From positions 62,001-126,000 of the forward strand of contig NGBS01000874.1 in assembly GCA_002245135.1 (NCBI GenBank): a DNA stretch of 64,000 bases. The letters are read 5' to 3'. Positions 1-14,508 of the stretch are shown piece by piece. The notes under the pieces are model-generated. The model saw nothing but the letters and a program-made list of their open reading frames with translations, searched no databases and was not told where the DNA came from. Origin of the DNA: Proteromonas lacertae (Eukaryota). The position numbers were made by a program, and so were the translations under genes. The first letter of the stretch is position 1. Every line of letters starts with the position of its first letter.

Positions 1-309
1 TTGAGCTTGAGCTTTTTTTCTTCTAATTAATACATTTTTTCTCCTAAAGTCTAAATCAACACTATTCTGCTGTATATTTGATATATTATTTTTTCTACTC
101 TATAATTGGGCCTAGTTAATCTTTGACTTCTTAAACCTCGATTTTCTATTAAAATGCGCTTTCAGCTTATCTGTTAATAAATTTACCACCAAAATCAATT
201 ACATCTACTTTATGTTCATAAAATAATGATGCTTCTATACCTTTCGCTGTACATGATAGTATTATACAGTTTATAAATAATATAAAGTAAGTATTTTGAT
301 AATAATAAT

Positions 310-313
<4 letters not shown>

Positions 314-341
<28 letters not shown>
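314..341. repeat. (TA)n microsatellite
   Basis: Perfect TA run preceded by TAA repeats. Confidence 0.9.
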
Positions 342-348
<7 letters not shown>

Positions 349-949
349 ACATTTTGATTTTCTTAAATAAAAAAAAAAACTGTCAAGTTTGACAAGCTTG
401 ATTTTTCTTTTTTGAAATATCTTCATATCTTGATATAATATTTTAACATTCTTCAAAGTTTCTACTGAAATTCATTTTTTCTCTTTGACTGAATCAAAAA
501 AACATACAAACAAAAAAGTTGAAGAAAATGAAATTTTAAATTAAAAATGACGTCAGAAGGGGTACAATTCTTAATTCCTGTTTAACTGACACTTCTTATT
601 TAGACATTATATGTCAATAAAAACATAAAATTTGGAATATACATAATTTCTAGAATATATTTTGATAGTTTTTATTCAATATTATGACAATTAATAGTTA
701 CTCATAGATGTAGGTTATATGACAAAGTAAGTATAAAAGTAACAATTTTTCATTAAAAGAAGTGTAATTGTGTATTTAGTTTGTTTTGAAAGTGTCTGGT
801 AGACAAACGGCCAACTCTGACAAACGGCGCACAACATCTATTATAATACAAATGATATAACTAGAATTGCATTCAATCCTATAAGAAAATCAGCAAAATC
901 AGAATCTATTAGAGATGCAAGATTAATTATAAATTATAGTAATAAAATT

Positions 950-1246
950 ATGGAATCCTTTAATACTAGAACTATATATCAAAAAGACAAATTCATACAT
1001 TCATTTGGAAACATGAACATTAAATTAAATCCAATTAGAAACGAATTCGATTTAGTTGGAGATAGTATAGATGGATATTTAACAGGTTTTACAGGATATT
1101 TTGGAGGTGATATAAGAAAAAATTATAATGGTGTTGAATTAGATAGTTCTTTTTTTTTTATAGGTTTTGGTGATATGGATTCAGTAGTAGCAAGTATTTA
1201 TCCTGATAATATTGTATATAATATTATATTTCAATTGATAATTTAA
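950..1246 (+). other. Orphan ORF fragment in a degenerate region (possible gene relic)
   Basis: 98-aa ORF with no recognised motif; flanking frames are interrupted by stops. Confidence 0.2.
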
Positions 1247-1585
1247 TCAAAAGAAAAAGAGAATCCATTTCTTCACAAGAGATTTACAAGTGAGTAAAAA
1301 ACGAAAATTAGAAGAAGAAGAGAGAATGAAGAAAGAAGAGAAGATTTATCATGAGCTAATTATAATTAGCGACGAAGATGATTAATTTATTATTATTAAA
1401 ATTTAGAAGTAAAATTTATACATATATAGATATTCCTATATTTTACTGTTTAAATTGTTTCTAAATTTTAATTGGAGGATACTAACTATACAAGATTTAA
1501 GAAAAAAAATAATTAGTATACATAAAGCTTATATATTGGCCAGAATAAACATAAATTTATAGAAATTACAAATTATTATGTTATA

Positions 1586-1885
1586 TTAACCATAAAACAT
1601 CTGTAATATACATAAACATAATTCGACCTTTTTTACAGTTTCATAAGGTTTGAAGTGTCGAATTATCGGGTTATGACTGTACTTCTTTTCATCAGTGTTA
1701 TACTTTGATCCATAATATATCAATGCATATTGATTTTTCATCTTTTCTAATACTTTTGCTTCATTTAATACTTTTTCTGTTGATTTTTTATTGACTATTA
1801 GCTCTTTTCTCGCAACATTTATCCCATTCATTTTTATTAAATGCACTTTCCCATAACCACCATTTCCAATTGTTCTTAATGCCAT
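1586..1885 (-). pseudogene. Truncated Ser/Thr protein kinase (N-lobe only)
   Basis: IGNGGYGKV Gly-loop, VARK lysine and NEAKVL helix C are present; no HRD/DFG-encoding exon found downstream. Confidence 0.55.
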
Positions 1886-2062
1886 ATTTGGTATAATAAA
1901 GTAGAAATATTTGTTTTATAAAGAATAGGAAGTTTATAAAAATATGAAAAGCTTGATTTTGATTTGATAAATGATTTGTTAAATTTTTTATTTACATCCA
2001 TCACATAAACAATATTCAAACATTTAATATATTAAAAAATAGTATTACCTTTTTCTACTATT

Positions 2063-5000
2063 CTAAAAATTCTTTAAAGAATGTTTAACAGATGGTTTTG
2101 ACAATCTTGAGGATCTTTTTGATGAAACTCTTCTAGAACAACTCATATTACCATTAGGTTCGAAAAATCTATCAGGTTCAGATATTGTAGCAATAGACAT
2201 AGGAGAATAATCTAAAACTTTTGGTGTAATTGTGAATTTACCTCTAGCAGCTGCTTTTCTCAATGCTTTAGACTTAGCATGGCTTGCTCCACTGGAACCA
2301 GAACCACCAGTACTCGATCCAAATGTTGTACTAATTTCAACAGTATATAAATACATTATTTTTGAACCAAATTGTAATAATAGAATTGCTAAAACACCAA
2401 CTTCAATTCCAACACCTCTTGTCATAGCTAATATCTTTGGATCATCAGCCATTAAATAATCTAAAGGAACTAAAATCACACCCATAATTAACATTACACC
2501 AATCGTTGACATTAAAGACATTGATTCATTAAATTCAGCTGATGCTTTTCTCACACCCCATGCCATTTTCGCACCAAATAAAAATATAAATACAATTGCT
2601 ACTAATTGAATCACCACAAATATAATATTGGAAGTACATTCTTGTAAATAAATATCTTGTAAATAGGTAGAAAACTGTGAACTAAATCTCAATTCTGGTT
2701 TTGAACCATCAACAAAAGTCCATATTATCAAATACACAATTTGTACAGCTAAAATCATACCAATCATCTTCAATAATTGACCATTTGACACTTTTACTCT
2801 TTGTAAGTCTTTGTTGTTAAACAATTTATGAATTCTCCATGCTTTACAAAACATTAAACTAAACACAAAATCAATCGCTAAAGCTAAACCCCATATTCTC
2901 AATTCACATACTACTTCTGAAGATGGAGTAACAGTAAATACAATACCATCAACACTTAACAATATCAATGAGACACAAGTATAATACATAAATAAAGGAC
3001 TTGCACTTTTCATTATCTTTGTATGTCTAAATACATATACGATTGTGATTAAAACAAAACAAATGAAACTCAAAAACACAATCAAAGCCAATACAATGTT
3101 CTGATAAACTGTGCCAATATCATAATTCACTCTGGCTTTACCAAAATCACATTGATTATCATTTATATAAGTCATTTTTCCTGTTGTTTGATATGTAATA
3201 CCTTGTTTAGGATATACTTGTGTAATTGTACTTTCTAATAGTCTAAATATATACACATTCTTCTTTGCATGATTGTTATTTGCAACTGAGAAACTACCAC
3301 TTGGACTATTATAAGTAACATATTTCAAACTCAATTTAATATAATCATTAGTTGGCCAAACATTCTCACCAGTATAATCTTGAGAATATTCAACTGCTAA
3401 TTTCCATGTATAAATTGATGTATAACTTGATTCGAACAATTCACTCAAATGAACAGCATTTTGGAATTCAGAGGTTGTTAAATGTTGAAAAGCACCTGAT
3501 GCTGTATTTGAAACAACTGAATCATAGGATGATATAACATAATCACCATTCAATTCTGATCTATAACTTGATTCTATATCCATTGGATCATATTTCATAT
3601 AAAAGACAATCATTGAATTCCAATAAACACTCTTTATAATATGTGGTATAAATTGTGTATTTTCATTTGCAATAAATAAATCTACAATTCCAACTGCATC
3701 TACACCATCCATCATTGATTCTATTCTTTTCACAACCTCTTCACAAGTCACTTTATTAAATGGAGAAAAGAATGAATGTCCTAATACTTTAATACCAATT
3801 TCATTCAATGCTTGTTCTACCAAATAATATTCAGTTTCAGAAGAGTTTCTTTCACTTGCTACAATATAAGCAGATGGTACTTCTAATGATTTCCAATAAG
3901 TCTTTAAAGTTTCTATTTTCTGATTCATACTTAATCCACTAACAATTGTATTATCATTACATTGAAAACCATCATCTCTTCCAGTGAAAAAGAATAATTC
4001 ATTTTTACCACCTAAATATCTACTCACTTCAGTTCTACATTCAGGTGTTATACATCCAAATATTGTTTCTGATCTTCCTGATTCACTAATTAAACGAGCA
4101 TTTCTATATGCATCACCAATAGTCACCCATGAATGATTAGCTGCAATTTGTCGATTCAATACACCTCCTAAATTATTAATACTATCAACTATCATATCTT
4201 GTAATAATGCATTATACTTTTCAGTTCTTCCACCTAAATCTTTTTCATGCATGAATGATAATATTACAGGATTTGTATTATACCTTTCACCCTTTTCTGG
4301 ATCACTAAAATCACAAATATATCCTATTTCTGATTCATTGTATTGATTATATATTTTAGGTGTAAATGATAATGAAGGACTCCAATCAACAACTATATTA
4401 CGATTGCCATCAAATATACCAGAATAGATTCTTCTATTAACAAAATTATTTGGATTAATTTCAATTAGATCTGATGGAACACCAACTGAATAATGATATA
4501 AATCTTTCACCTCAGCAAAATTGAATGTTTTTACTTTCTTCACTATACTTTTCCATAATTCAAATGCATCATAAGCAGTTTCATATTCTGATGTAGCTTT
4601 GATTGAACCAACTCTAGAATGGAAATTTCTATTGTAAGATGCAGCTGAACTTGGAATAGTCAACTTATTATAATTTGAATCAGCTAATGTTTCAAAATAA
4701 GTACCCATCGCTATACTTCCACTTAAACAGCTTGCTTCTATATTAGCTGCAGTATTTTCATTAATTAACACATTAATAATAGTATACTTTGGCGATTTTA
4801 TTTTATTTTCACATAATACAGGATATAATTCAATTAAGTCTTCATGACTCATTATTGTAATGACATTACCTCCATCTTGAAGTGATCTAATTATATTATT
4901 TGCTACTCTTGTTGGATCTTTATCATATTCCATATTGCCATTGGATGTTATTAATATGTTCTGCATTATATCTGCAATTATATCAGCTATTTTCATTGAA

Positions 5001-8000
5001 TATGCATCTTTTGATTTAACAATATAAGCACTTGATCCAATCTCTAATAATCTACGAATAGTTGCTTCAGCCATCTGTCTTGGATGATAATGTGGAATAA
5101 TAACATTACTATAACACACATTACCAAATGCTCGACCTAAGAAGAACAAATACTTCTCTTTTCCATTGAATAATGGTCCAATTGCTTCTAATGAATCAGG
5201 ACCATATCCTCCAAAGATATATGTATATTCTGGATCATCAGCTAATATTTTAGCTTGTCTTGCATATTCTTCTACACTTGACTTTGCATCAACTACTTTA
5301 TAATTGATATAATACCCATTCAAATAAGTACCACTGTTTATATCATCAATTGCTGTCATTAACGAATCAAATATTGGTGTGTCTATAGATCTATCTTTGC
5401 CTGAAAGTGATAATAAAATTGCTATCTTGTAAGTGTCTACTATACCATCACCACCAAACAATGCTGTAGTAAAATCACATTTATGATATGTTCCTTTTGC
5501 ATCAATTTCTAAAGCTTCTGGATATTTTGTAACAGTCATATCAAATGATACTCCATAAGTGTTATTAGCATAAAACTGAATTAACTTTGGAGATCTTGAT
5601 AAATATAAATTTGGAGCAAAAAATACATCTCCTTCAGGTAAATCCATGTGTCTATTAACTAATTCGTTTCTTACATATGAATAAACTGTATTAGCAACAA
5701 TATATCCATCAGCATCAGGAGCTGTTGGCATTGAATTAATTGCATTAGCCCATAATTGAAAAGATGTATAAGTTCTTATCATTAAGTCAGATAAATATGT
5801 ATTTGCTTCTAATCTTTCATATACTTTTGATAAGAATTTTTGATTTACTTCACTTTCACTTTTAATGTTGTAAAATTCAGCACTTTCAAAATCGTTATAA
5901 CCAGCTTCATAAAACAAATTACTGTTTTCCATTACTATTAAATGATGATTTGGTTCTGCATATTTCTTGTTCTTCATAGTCTCTTTTATTACTTTAAATG
6001 AATTTAAATGACCAAAATAGATTATACAACCTCTACTGGAAGATGTGAAATTTGCTGAATATTCTTTTAGTGCATTTTCTAAATTCTTAGTTGTAATAGA
6101 CTTTTCAATTAGTGAAATATACTCAACATACAAAGAATCTAAATATTTTCTAACATAATCTGATGTAGCATGATTTGCTTTATTTCTAGTCTCAGTAATG
6201 ATTAACATATTGTCATAATATCTATTTCTGATTATGTTCATTATACTTATATAGAAAGTGCAATGTTGAATAGCTAAAAATGTATTCTTCTGACAAAAAC
6301 CAATTGGCTTTTCATTCAATTCAAAATATAATGTTTTTGAAAATATTGTCTCCAGTATTGCTTGATAACATTCAACTGGAATATCAGCAAATATCGCAAT
6401 TGGATTATACTGTTGAATAATTCCAGGTAAATCTCTAATACATATATTTACATCAGACTGAATATCAAATGTATCTGGTTTAATAGTATAACCACCTAAT
6501 GCTTTTGGATTATCATTTATCTCATTCACACATATTTGATATATATCAACTAAACCTTTTGTGTTAATTGCATCTTCTCCAGTAAGACTCGCTACTAATA
6601 ATGTACGTTGAACTGGAACTCTATATTGACTGTCCACTTTACCATTTGTAAATGAGCATTTATATCCATAAGTTTCTACAATATTCCAACTCCAAGGATT
6701 GGCTGTTTGCATATCAAACTTTGAATGCACTGTACTATAGGATTTACCATCTGCTGAGTATTTAGCAACAAAGAATGGAGCAGTAGCATAATTATTTTCG
6801 CTAATTTGAACAGAACCACTTCCTGATTGTACAGTTACACTGTATATATTCTTCTTTACTTCAGAAGAATTAAAGGTTTTAGCAAGTGTAGCTGCTTTAG
6901 CATAGAACTGTACAGCTGAATATGTTGCTTCAGCTAATGCTGTTGGTATTTTTATACCTGTATAATGATACATTTTTGTACCAAATTCAATATTTCCTGG
7001 ACTTGAATTATCATTATAGTAACGTGAGACTTTATATAAATTGCCTTTATATTCAGCCTTGATTTGGTCTACATCATCAATTTCTAACATTATATCAGCA
7101 ATGGCATATTTTGATGAATCAATTCGCACTTTAGTAGCATATTCCAAAAAGATTTTCAAATAATTTGAACTTGAAAATGTTGATAGAATAATACCTCCAT
7201 CATCTAATGTTGTAATTATTGTCTGTAATAATTCTACATTTATTGGTTTAGTAGCTGATACAATATAATTACCTGATGTTGTAAATAAACCTTTAGAAGC
7301 ATCTATAAACATTTCCATTAAATTGGTTGAAGCTTCAGCTTCATCACTAATCAAAAACATATATTTATTATAATCAGTTGAAATTAAATATTCTAAAAAT
7401 CTAGTAACATACTGACTTGCAACACAACCAGTATAATATGTATTAATATCACATTCTTGACCAGTTGTTAATCTTGGATAGAAATACAGCCTTCCTGTTT
7501 CTTTGGCTATATTCTGTGCTAGAGCTTTACAGTTTGAATTTGTACATCCAACATATGCTACTATAGAATCATCTTCTTTTGATTCTTCTAATTTTCTTTC
7601 TAAAATTGTATCATCAGAATCATAATTGATCAATTTCATCAATATTGTATGATCATTTATTAAATCACCATCATAAATTTCTCTAATTGCTGTTATTGCT
7701 CCCATTATTGCCATTTTATGAGATTGTTTCAATGAACCAGTTGTGGAATATAAAAACGCAATTCTTTTTACTGGAATTTCTCTTTCTTCATGTACATTTC
7801 CTCTTAAATAACATCTTTTCACAGTTTCATCCCTAATTATATTACCAAATGGATGGTTTATTACATCTATTTGATTCTTCCAGTAGTATTTATAAACATA
7901 ATTGCCATTATCATCAAAACTAGCTTCATCTAGTGACAATACAGCTGGTAATTGATTACTTACATCAAATCTAACTTTACCAAATACAGAATCAGTGAAT

Positions 8001-11000
8001 TGCTCATATAAACCATCTCTAAAATGACTATAATCCCATTTCTCAATATTATCACCAACTTGCTTTGTCATAGCACCAACAGTCCATCCTCTCGCTACCA
8101 TCTTATTTGTTAGACCGACATAAGAGAATCTACTTTTAAAATCATTTTCATATTTCAAAGATACTGCATCATCACTACTTTCATAAGAATCCCAATAAAA
8201 ATTACCTTTTCCTTTTATACCAATACCATTCGCTATTGTATCATCAATATTCACACTTATAACCTGAAATGTGGGTGGTACATATCCTTTTCTATACAAT
8301 TCATTAAGTAATGATAGTTTTATATCACCATCTAATAAACTAACAATCAAAGCACCTCGTGGAGCAACTCTATATATTGTATCTATTAAGAAAGAAGCAT
8401 TCTGATTTTCTGTAGTCATTTGGATTGTTAATTTAAAAGTCACATTGAAATATGCTAAATCATCAATCAAATGTTGAGCAAAATACATTGAATAAGTAGT
8501 TTCACCATATATTAATACTGTACTACCTGTATCAAGATTCATTACTATAGGAATAAATGTAAAGAATGAAGAATAAGGTAAACCAGTATAGAAACCGTTA
8601 AACATACATTCTTCACCTTCATAATCACTTGGGAATAAAACAACACCATTCATCACTTTAGAAGCATTAAACATTGCTTCTCTGATAATAGTTTTCCAAC
8701 CACCATAGAATATAAATATACTATATGTCTTTTTAAGATGTAAAATTATATCATATGCAGATTGTGGATCATTACCATCATTTTCAACTCTTAAAACTAA
8801 ATAATAACCACCAAATACACCACCTTCTTCATTTACAATATCAATGGCAGATTGCAATGCAGCATAGAATAATATACTGTCAGTTCTATATATTGGATCA
8901 GTAGAAACAATTAAAGCAACTAATGCTTTTGGTAATGCAACATTATTAGGTAAATTATTAACAAAATCACATGTATAATACTGTGGTCTATTGATTTCAT
9001 CACGATATGGTTCTCCTTTCCAATTACGAGTCACGATTTCTTTTTTCTTTACTAAACCTTCTTCTGACACTTGTGCTAATATCATATCTTGTCTTATATG
9101 ATTACTAACATCAATTTTGATTTCCTCGCCCATTATTCCTTGATAGACAGATTTATACATTTGTTGTCTTACAGTTTCAAATTCTTTATCAGCTGCATCT
9201 TCCAATATTTGCAACATTAATCCTGTAGCATCTGCAACTAATGCATCAGCATTTCTTGTTTGTTTACCACCTGATAACTTTCTAAATGTCTCTTCAAATT
9301 CCATCACTGCTGCATTTTCTTCATTAATAGCATATGGAGTATAAACATAATGACCTTTAGCATATGTTGGATCAAATCTTGAATGAGTATAATCCATCAT
9401 ATAAACTGTATATAATTCAGCAACATTTATATCAGGATACATATTCTGATAATAGTTATGGAAGATTTCGAAGAAATATTCACTATATTTATATTCTAAA
9501 ACAACTAAAAATACAGCACCTTCTGTTGGGATAAATCTAGTTGCAGTTGATAAAGCAGAGTTTAATGAAGTATTGAAGTTTTCACTTTCTGGAAGTGAAG
9601 AATTGAAGATAATATCAACACCAAAGGATTTTACAACTGAATTAAACATTTTAACTCTTCCTTGATATAATGGATTTGCAGAATATAAAAATACTTTCTT
9701 TCTTTGTTCAGTATAGATAAAGTGTATTGCTGATGGTAAAATAGCTTGTGATGGGGAAACAGATAAGTAAATAATATTTCTAATACATTGTCCACCTGGA
9801 TTTGGGCCTGTGTAAAAGAATATGAAATCTAATGCTTCTACTGACTTAACAATTAAATCTCTAGATTCTATACTACATCCACCAATAATAAATTTGAAAT
9901 TTCTGTTGTATAAATCCATTATCTTTGTGGCAGCATCAGAATTATCTGTTGGACATTGATATACTTCAGAATACTATTTAATAATATATAAATATAAAAC
10001 ATACTAACGGTTTCTTTTTCATTCCATTATCATAATTCATACTTTCAATAAACATACTTGCAATCATGTAATCTAATAAACCTCTGTTGTCTCTATCATT
10101 TATATCTAAAAAGAAGGCAATTCCATAATAATCAGTAACTGCAGTTAATCCACTAACTGATAAATCAGTTCTTAAATATTCACCATCATTATTCTAAAAA
10201 ATAAAATATTATTACAATATATATATATATATATATACTAAAAAATAAAACTCTCTTGGCATAACTGGATATGGTAATTCCATAACTACCTCAATTGTAG
10301 TAAAGCTAGTTATTTTACCTATATTCACATGAGAAGCTACATAATTATTAGATTTTACTCTTCCTTTACCATCAGGTAAATCTAATCTATATTCATATAA
10401 TGCTTTTAACAAATAAGTTGCAGTATTTTCTTCAGATTCAGTTCTTGCTTTAACAATAAATTGCATAGTGTTGTACAATATAATCATGTCTTTATTCATA
10501 TTATCCACAGCTGTTCCTTTATATTCAGTTATTAAGTCTCTCAGTTGTTCATTCACTGTAAAGTTATTACGTCTATAGTATGGCAGTTGAGCATAATGTC
10601 CTTCATAAATACTATCATTATCATAACCATTAAAATAGTCAAATGTGAAATCAGATATTAATAATGGATACTTATCTGAAGAAAAATCCTCATTATATTG
10701 AATCATAAAATCCACAGTTTGTTCTTCTAAGAATGTAATAGTAAGAAAACTATCAAACGTATTATTCAATGGCTTGATATGTGTTTCATAATTTGTTTCA
10801 TTCAAAACAATCATAATTGGTGTTTTCTGAATATAATTAGCAAATTTAACTGTCAATTCTGCTTTATCCATACTCAATGTACTATTTGAACTGACTATTA
10901 CTACATTATCAAAGTTAGCATAAGCCCATAATGTTTGATAAGACACAATTTGATGGGATAAATAATTCATCACTATTATATTCTTATGAATAATTTCACC

Positions 11001-13812
11001 TCTACTTTCAGAGAATGCAAAACACAACATATCTTTTGAAACAAGATAACTATCTAATGCTTTTCTCTCTTCTTCACTATTTGCTCCAATATAACATAAG
11101 AAATTAGTTTCACTATCCATAAACTTTTGTGCATATTCTCTTATTGTTTTACTATCACCAGCATATCCATTGTGTTTTATAATAATATCTCTTCCAGAAA
11201 TACCACCATTTTGATTCACCAAAGCAACAATCAACTGCAATTCTAAATATCTTTGAGATCCATATTCAGATTCAATATCAAACAATAAACCAATAATAAA
11301 TGAATAAGTTGGTTTTTGTACTATTTCATCTAACAAATTACAGGTTTGTTTATAATCATGAAATGGATATCCTCTTTGTGAAAATGTATCTTCACTAACT
11401 ATTTCAAATGGATCAACACCATCATTAACAGCTACAACTGTTTTATTCATCTGCAACATTCTTATAGCTCCTTGACCTATACCAGAAGAATATATTTCAT
11501 ATGGTCCAGCTACTGGATCTTGAGTACTTCGTCTGAATAAATATGGTTTATATTTTGATGGTAATGTTGAACTAGAAACAGTTATTGCTCTACCAATTTG
11601 TTGGAATACATTATATATCAAAGATATATCATCATCTAATGGGTAATGTTCATCAACCATCATTGTATTTATTCCATCTAAAAATTTCCTATCAAATGAA
11701 TATGTTTTATTATCGTAACTTGTATAAGAATGTGCAAATATAATTGTACCATTATAAAGTTCATATCCTGTATCATACATATATATTGGATTTAAATCTA
11801 ATGAAATAATGGTATAATTATTATCTATTGTTAAACCAAATTCTTGAAACTTCTCATACAATACTTTCTGATATTCATTTTCTACTGTTGTAATAATAAA
11901 TGATCCATTTTGAGCATAATTCTGAATAGCTCTCATTATCTCATCAATTCTTGAGATGTTATTAATATCAATTATATCTCTAAATGGTCTCATATTGGTG
12001 GGTAATTTAGCTTCAGGTATTGCTTCAAATATTCGATCTTTTGTTTCTTGTCCATATTTATTAACACTTCCTATGAAATAATAATATTGTTCATCCGATG
12101 TTTTTAGATAATTCACCAATCGATTGACATAATTTAAGTTTACTGGATGAGTTGATACTAAATTTGGCTGACAAATATCACCTTCATTTGGACCAAAATA
12201 GAAGAATAAAACATCTTTATCCACGAATGGTAATGTAATATTATCTCTAATTTCAGGAGTTCCGGATAAGAATATCGTTCTTGCATCATAATCTTCAATA
12301 TAATCATTAATCTATACATAAAAAAATAATAATATAATAATCAATAAATAAATACAAGTTCAATAGTGTTTTGGATATTATCTTCAATATTAATCGTGAT
12401 TATTTTAACCATTCTATCTAAAATACCTGAATTCCTTTGATTTATATAGTTTATCAATTCTAATAACATCTTTCTATGAAAATTCTCTTGATAATCATGC
12501 ATTCCATTGATCTTTCTAACATCTAAAAAGTATATATAATCCACAGTTGCATTTCCATCTTCATAACTAAGTGTAAAACTACATGTTGTTGCTGTTGGAT
12601 CTCCAAATACCAAATCAGGTTCAAATAAATATGCGATTGGAATTGTATAAACCTCTGTTCTTTTGTTTGCAGTAGAATCAATAACGTAGGTGTAATAACT
12701 TGTAGTTAAATAATGATTATCTAATAACATTATATCACCACCACCATATTGAAATCTCCTTCCATACAATACATCTAATAAAATGAATGGATTTGTTGCT
12801 TGAGTATGTTCAACAGCATAAACCAACATTTTTGCTATTCCAATACTAATCATTTATATATTAAAAAAAATAAAATATTGATTATATATATATATAATTA
12901 TACTGATAAATCTCAGTTATTCTCACTTTTGTATCTGTTGCATGAAGATAATTATTCTCATAATCAGTTTTATCGTCATTCTGGAGTTTATCAGAATATC
13001 CTAATATTATCATATTACCTACATTATCTGTCATACCACTAATTTTATCCCACATTATTCCTCCTTCGCCATATAAAACTATTGTTTTTGATTGGAGAGA
13101 CTCACCCTTTAATTTATCGATAAAAGCTTGAGCATCAGTATCTTTTTGAAATGTGGTAAATGTCAACACTTTTGTACCTTGATAATCTGTAAGATTCTTA
13201 ATGTAACTATCTATTGTAGAAGTCATATCTGCAGCTGTGAGATTGTAGTAAGATGCTAATTTCTTTAATCCCATATATTCTCCTATTGCAAATAATTGAT
13301 CGTTGTAAAATTCATCAATTCCATTAAATGCACTATTACCTATAAATCCTATTGCATCTACTTTTGATGATACAGCAAATATCACTATTACCATATATTA
13401 TAAAATAGATAAATATATAAAATATACGTGCATTTAACACTGGCACTAGAGAATTGCCCATAACATAGTGTTTAAGGCATCTGCCAATATTGTAAGTATT
13501 TACACACCATATAATCAGATTATTAGTTTCTAAGTAGCTATAGTTGAAATTCAGGATATCTTCATCACAAAAACTATAAATTAACTGAATATGTTCATCT
13601 ACCAATTTATTCAAACAATCATTTGCTGATACTGATGCAGTAATATTGCAATCAAATAAATTAATATCAGTTCCACTTGGACTCTTCATATTAGCAAAAT
13701 ATTGTTTCATGACAACTACATTTCTGTTATCATCACCTCCTACTCTTTGAATGAAACCTACATCAAAACACTCAACTGAGAAAATTAAAAATAGGTAGAT
13801 TAATAAAATCAT
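2063..13812 (-). CDS. Giant class C (GABA-B-like) GPCR with nine tandem periplasmic-binding (Venus flytrap) domains, ~3842 aa
   Basis: Exons 13812-13428, 13384-12904, 12845-12356, 12311-10239, 10193-10005 and 9973-2063 join in frame through GT-AG introns of 43, 58, 44, 45 and 31 nt (11529 nt total). Signal peptide MILLIYLFLIFSVEC; ~387-aa repeats; seven hydrophobic helices with class C motifs IMKSASPLF, CELRIW, KAWRIHKLF and EFNES. Confidence 0.92.
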
Positions 13813-13945
13813 ATTTATAACGAATGAAGTAATTTGAAACGGCTAAATTAACTATTCAATTTCATAAACAAGCTACACATTCAAAGATGATACTAAAATT
13901 AAGGATTTTAACAATAAAAATAGCTAATTAGGTAATATTAATCAT

Positions 13946-14475
13946 TTAAGCTGAAACAAATACAGAATTAAGTTGATCTCCAGTTGGAGACAGTTCTCTT
14001 GGTATATTCTTAACAACAACAGTATTATATCCTCCACAAAATGCACATTTGTGGTATTTAAAGTGAAATTTTGCATAACACTTCTTTTCACAATCATTAC
14101 ACAAAATTAAATTATATAATCCATCATATTCAGCTGGCAATTTGTTTTTCTCTAACTCTTCATCAATTAATTTATAATATTCAACAGCATCATAAATAGA
14201 CTTTGAACATAAAGGACAAGTATAATGATTCTTTAAATAGGATGATAAGCATGATTTGTGTATGATATGACCACATCTCAACGAGCAGGCTTGTTCTGTA
14301 GATTCGAATAAATTCTCAAAACAGATTGGACAATCAGATTTCAATCCTTCTCCTACGCATTTATGACCTTCTCGTTGGAAACATCCTTGACATTTATCAC
14401 AATGGAAATAATCTTCTTTCTTTCCAATACGACAAATTTTACATTTTTCACAATGCTATTTGGATGATAAATTAA

Positions 14476-14508
<33 letters not shown>

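Noticed and set aside
100..270. Minus-strand DFGGK..LTDKLKAHF resembling an Hsp70/actin-fold segment
   Set aside because: Too short, frameshifted and stop-ridden to support a call.
2232..3537. Short plus-strand ORFs inside the GPCR gene
   Set aside because: Antisense by-products of a long coding exon.
10212..13812. Treating the four upstream ORFs as separate bacterial-like solute-binding genes (operon or contamination)
   Set aside because: All join in frame through canonical GT-AG introns into the GPCR; their YIYIYI-type tails are translated intron sequence.
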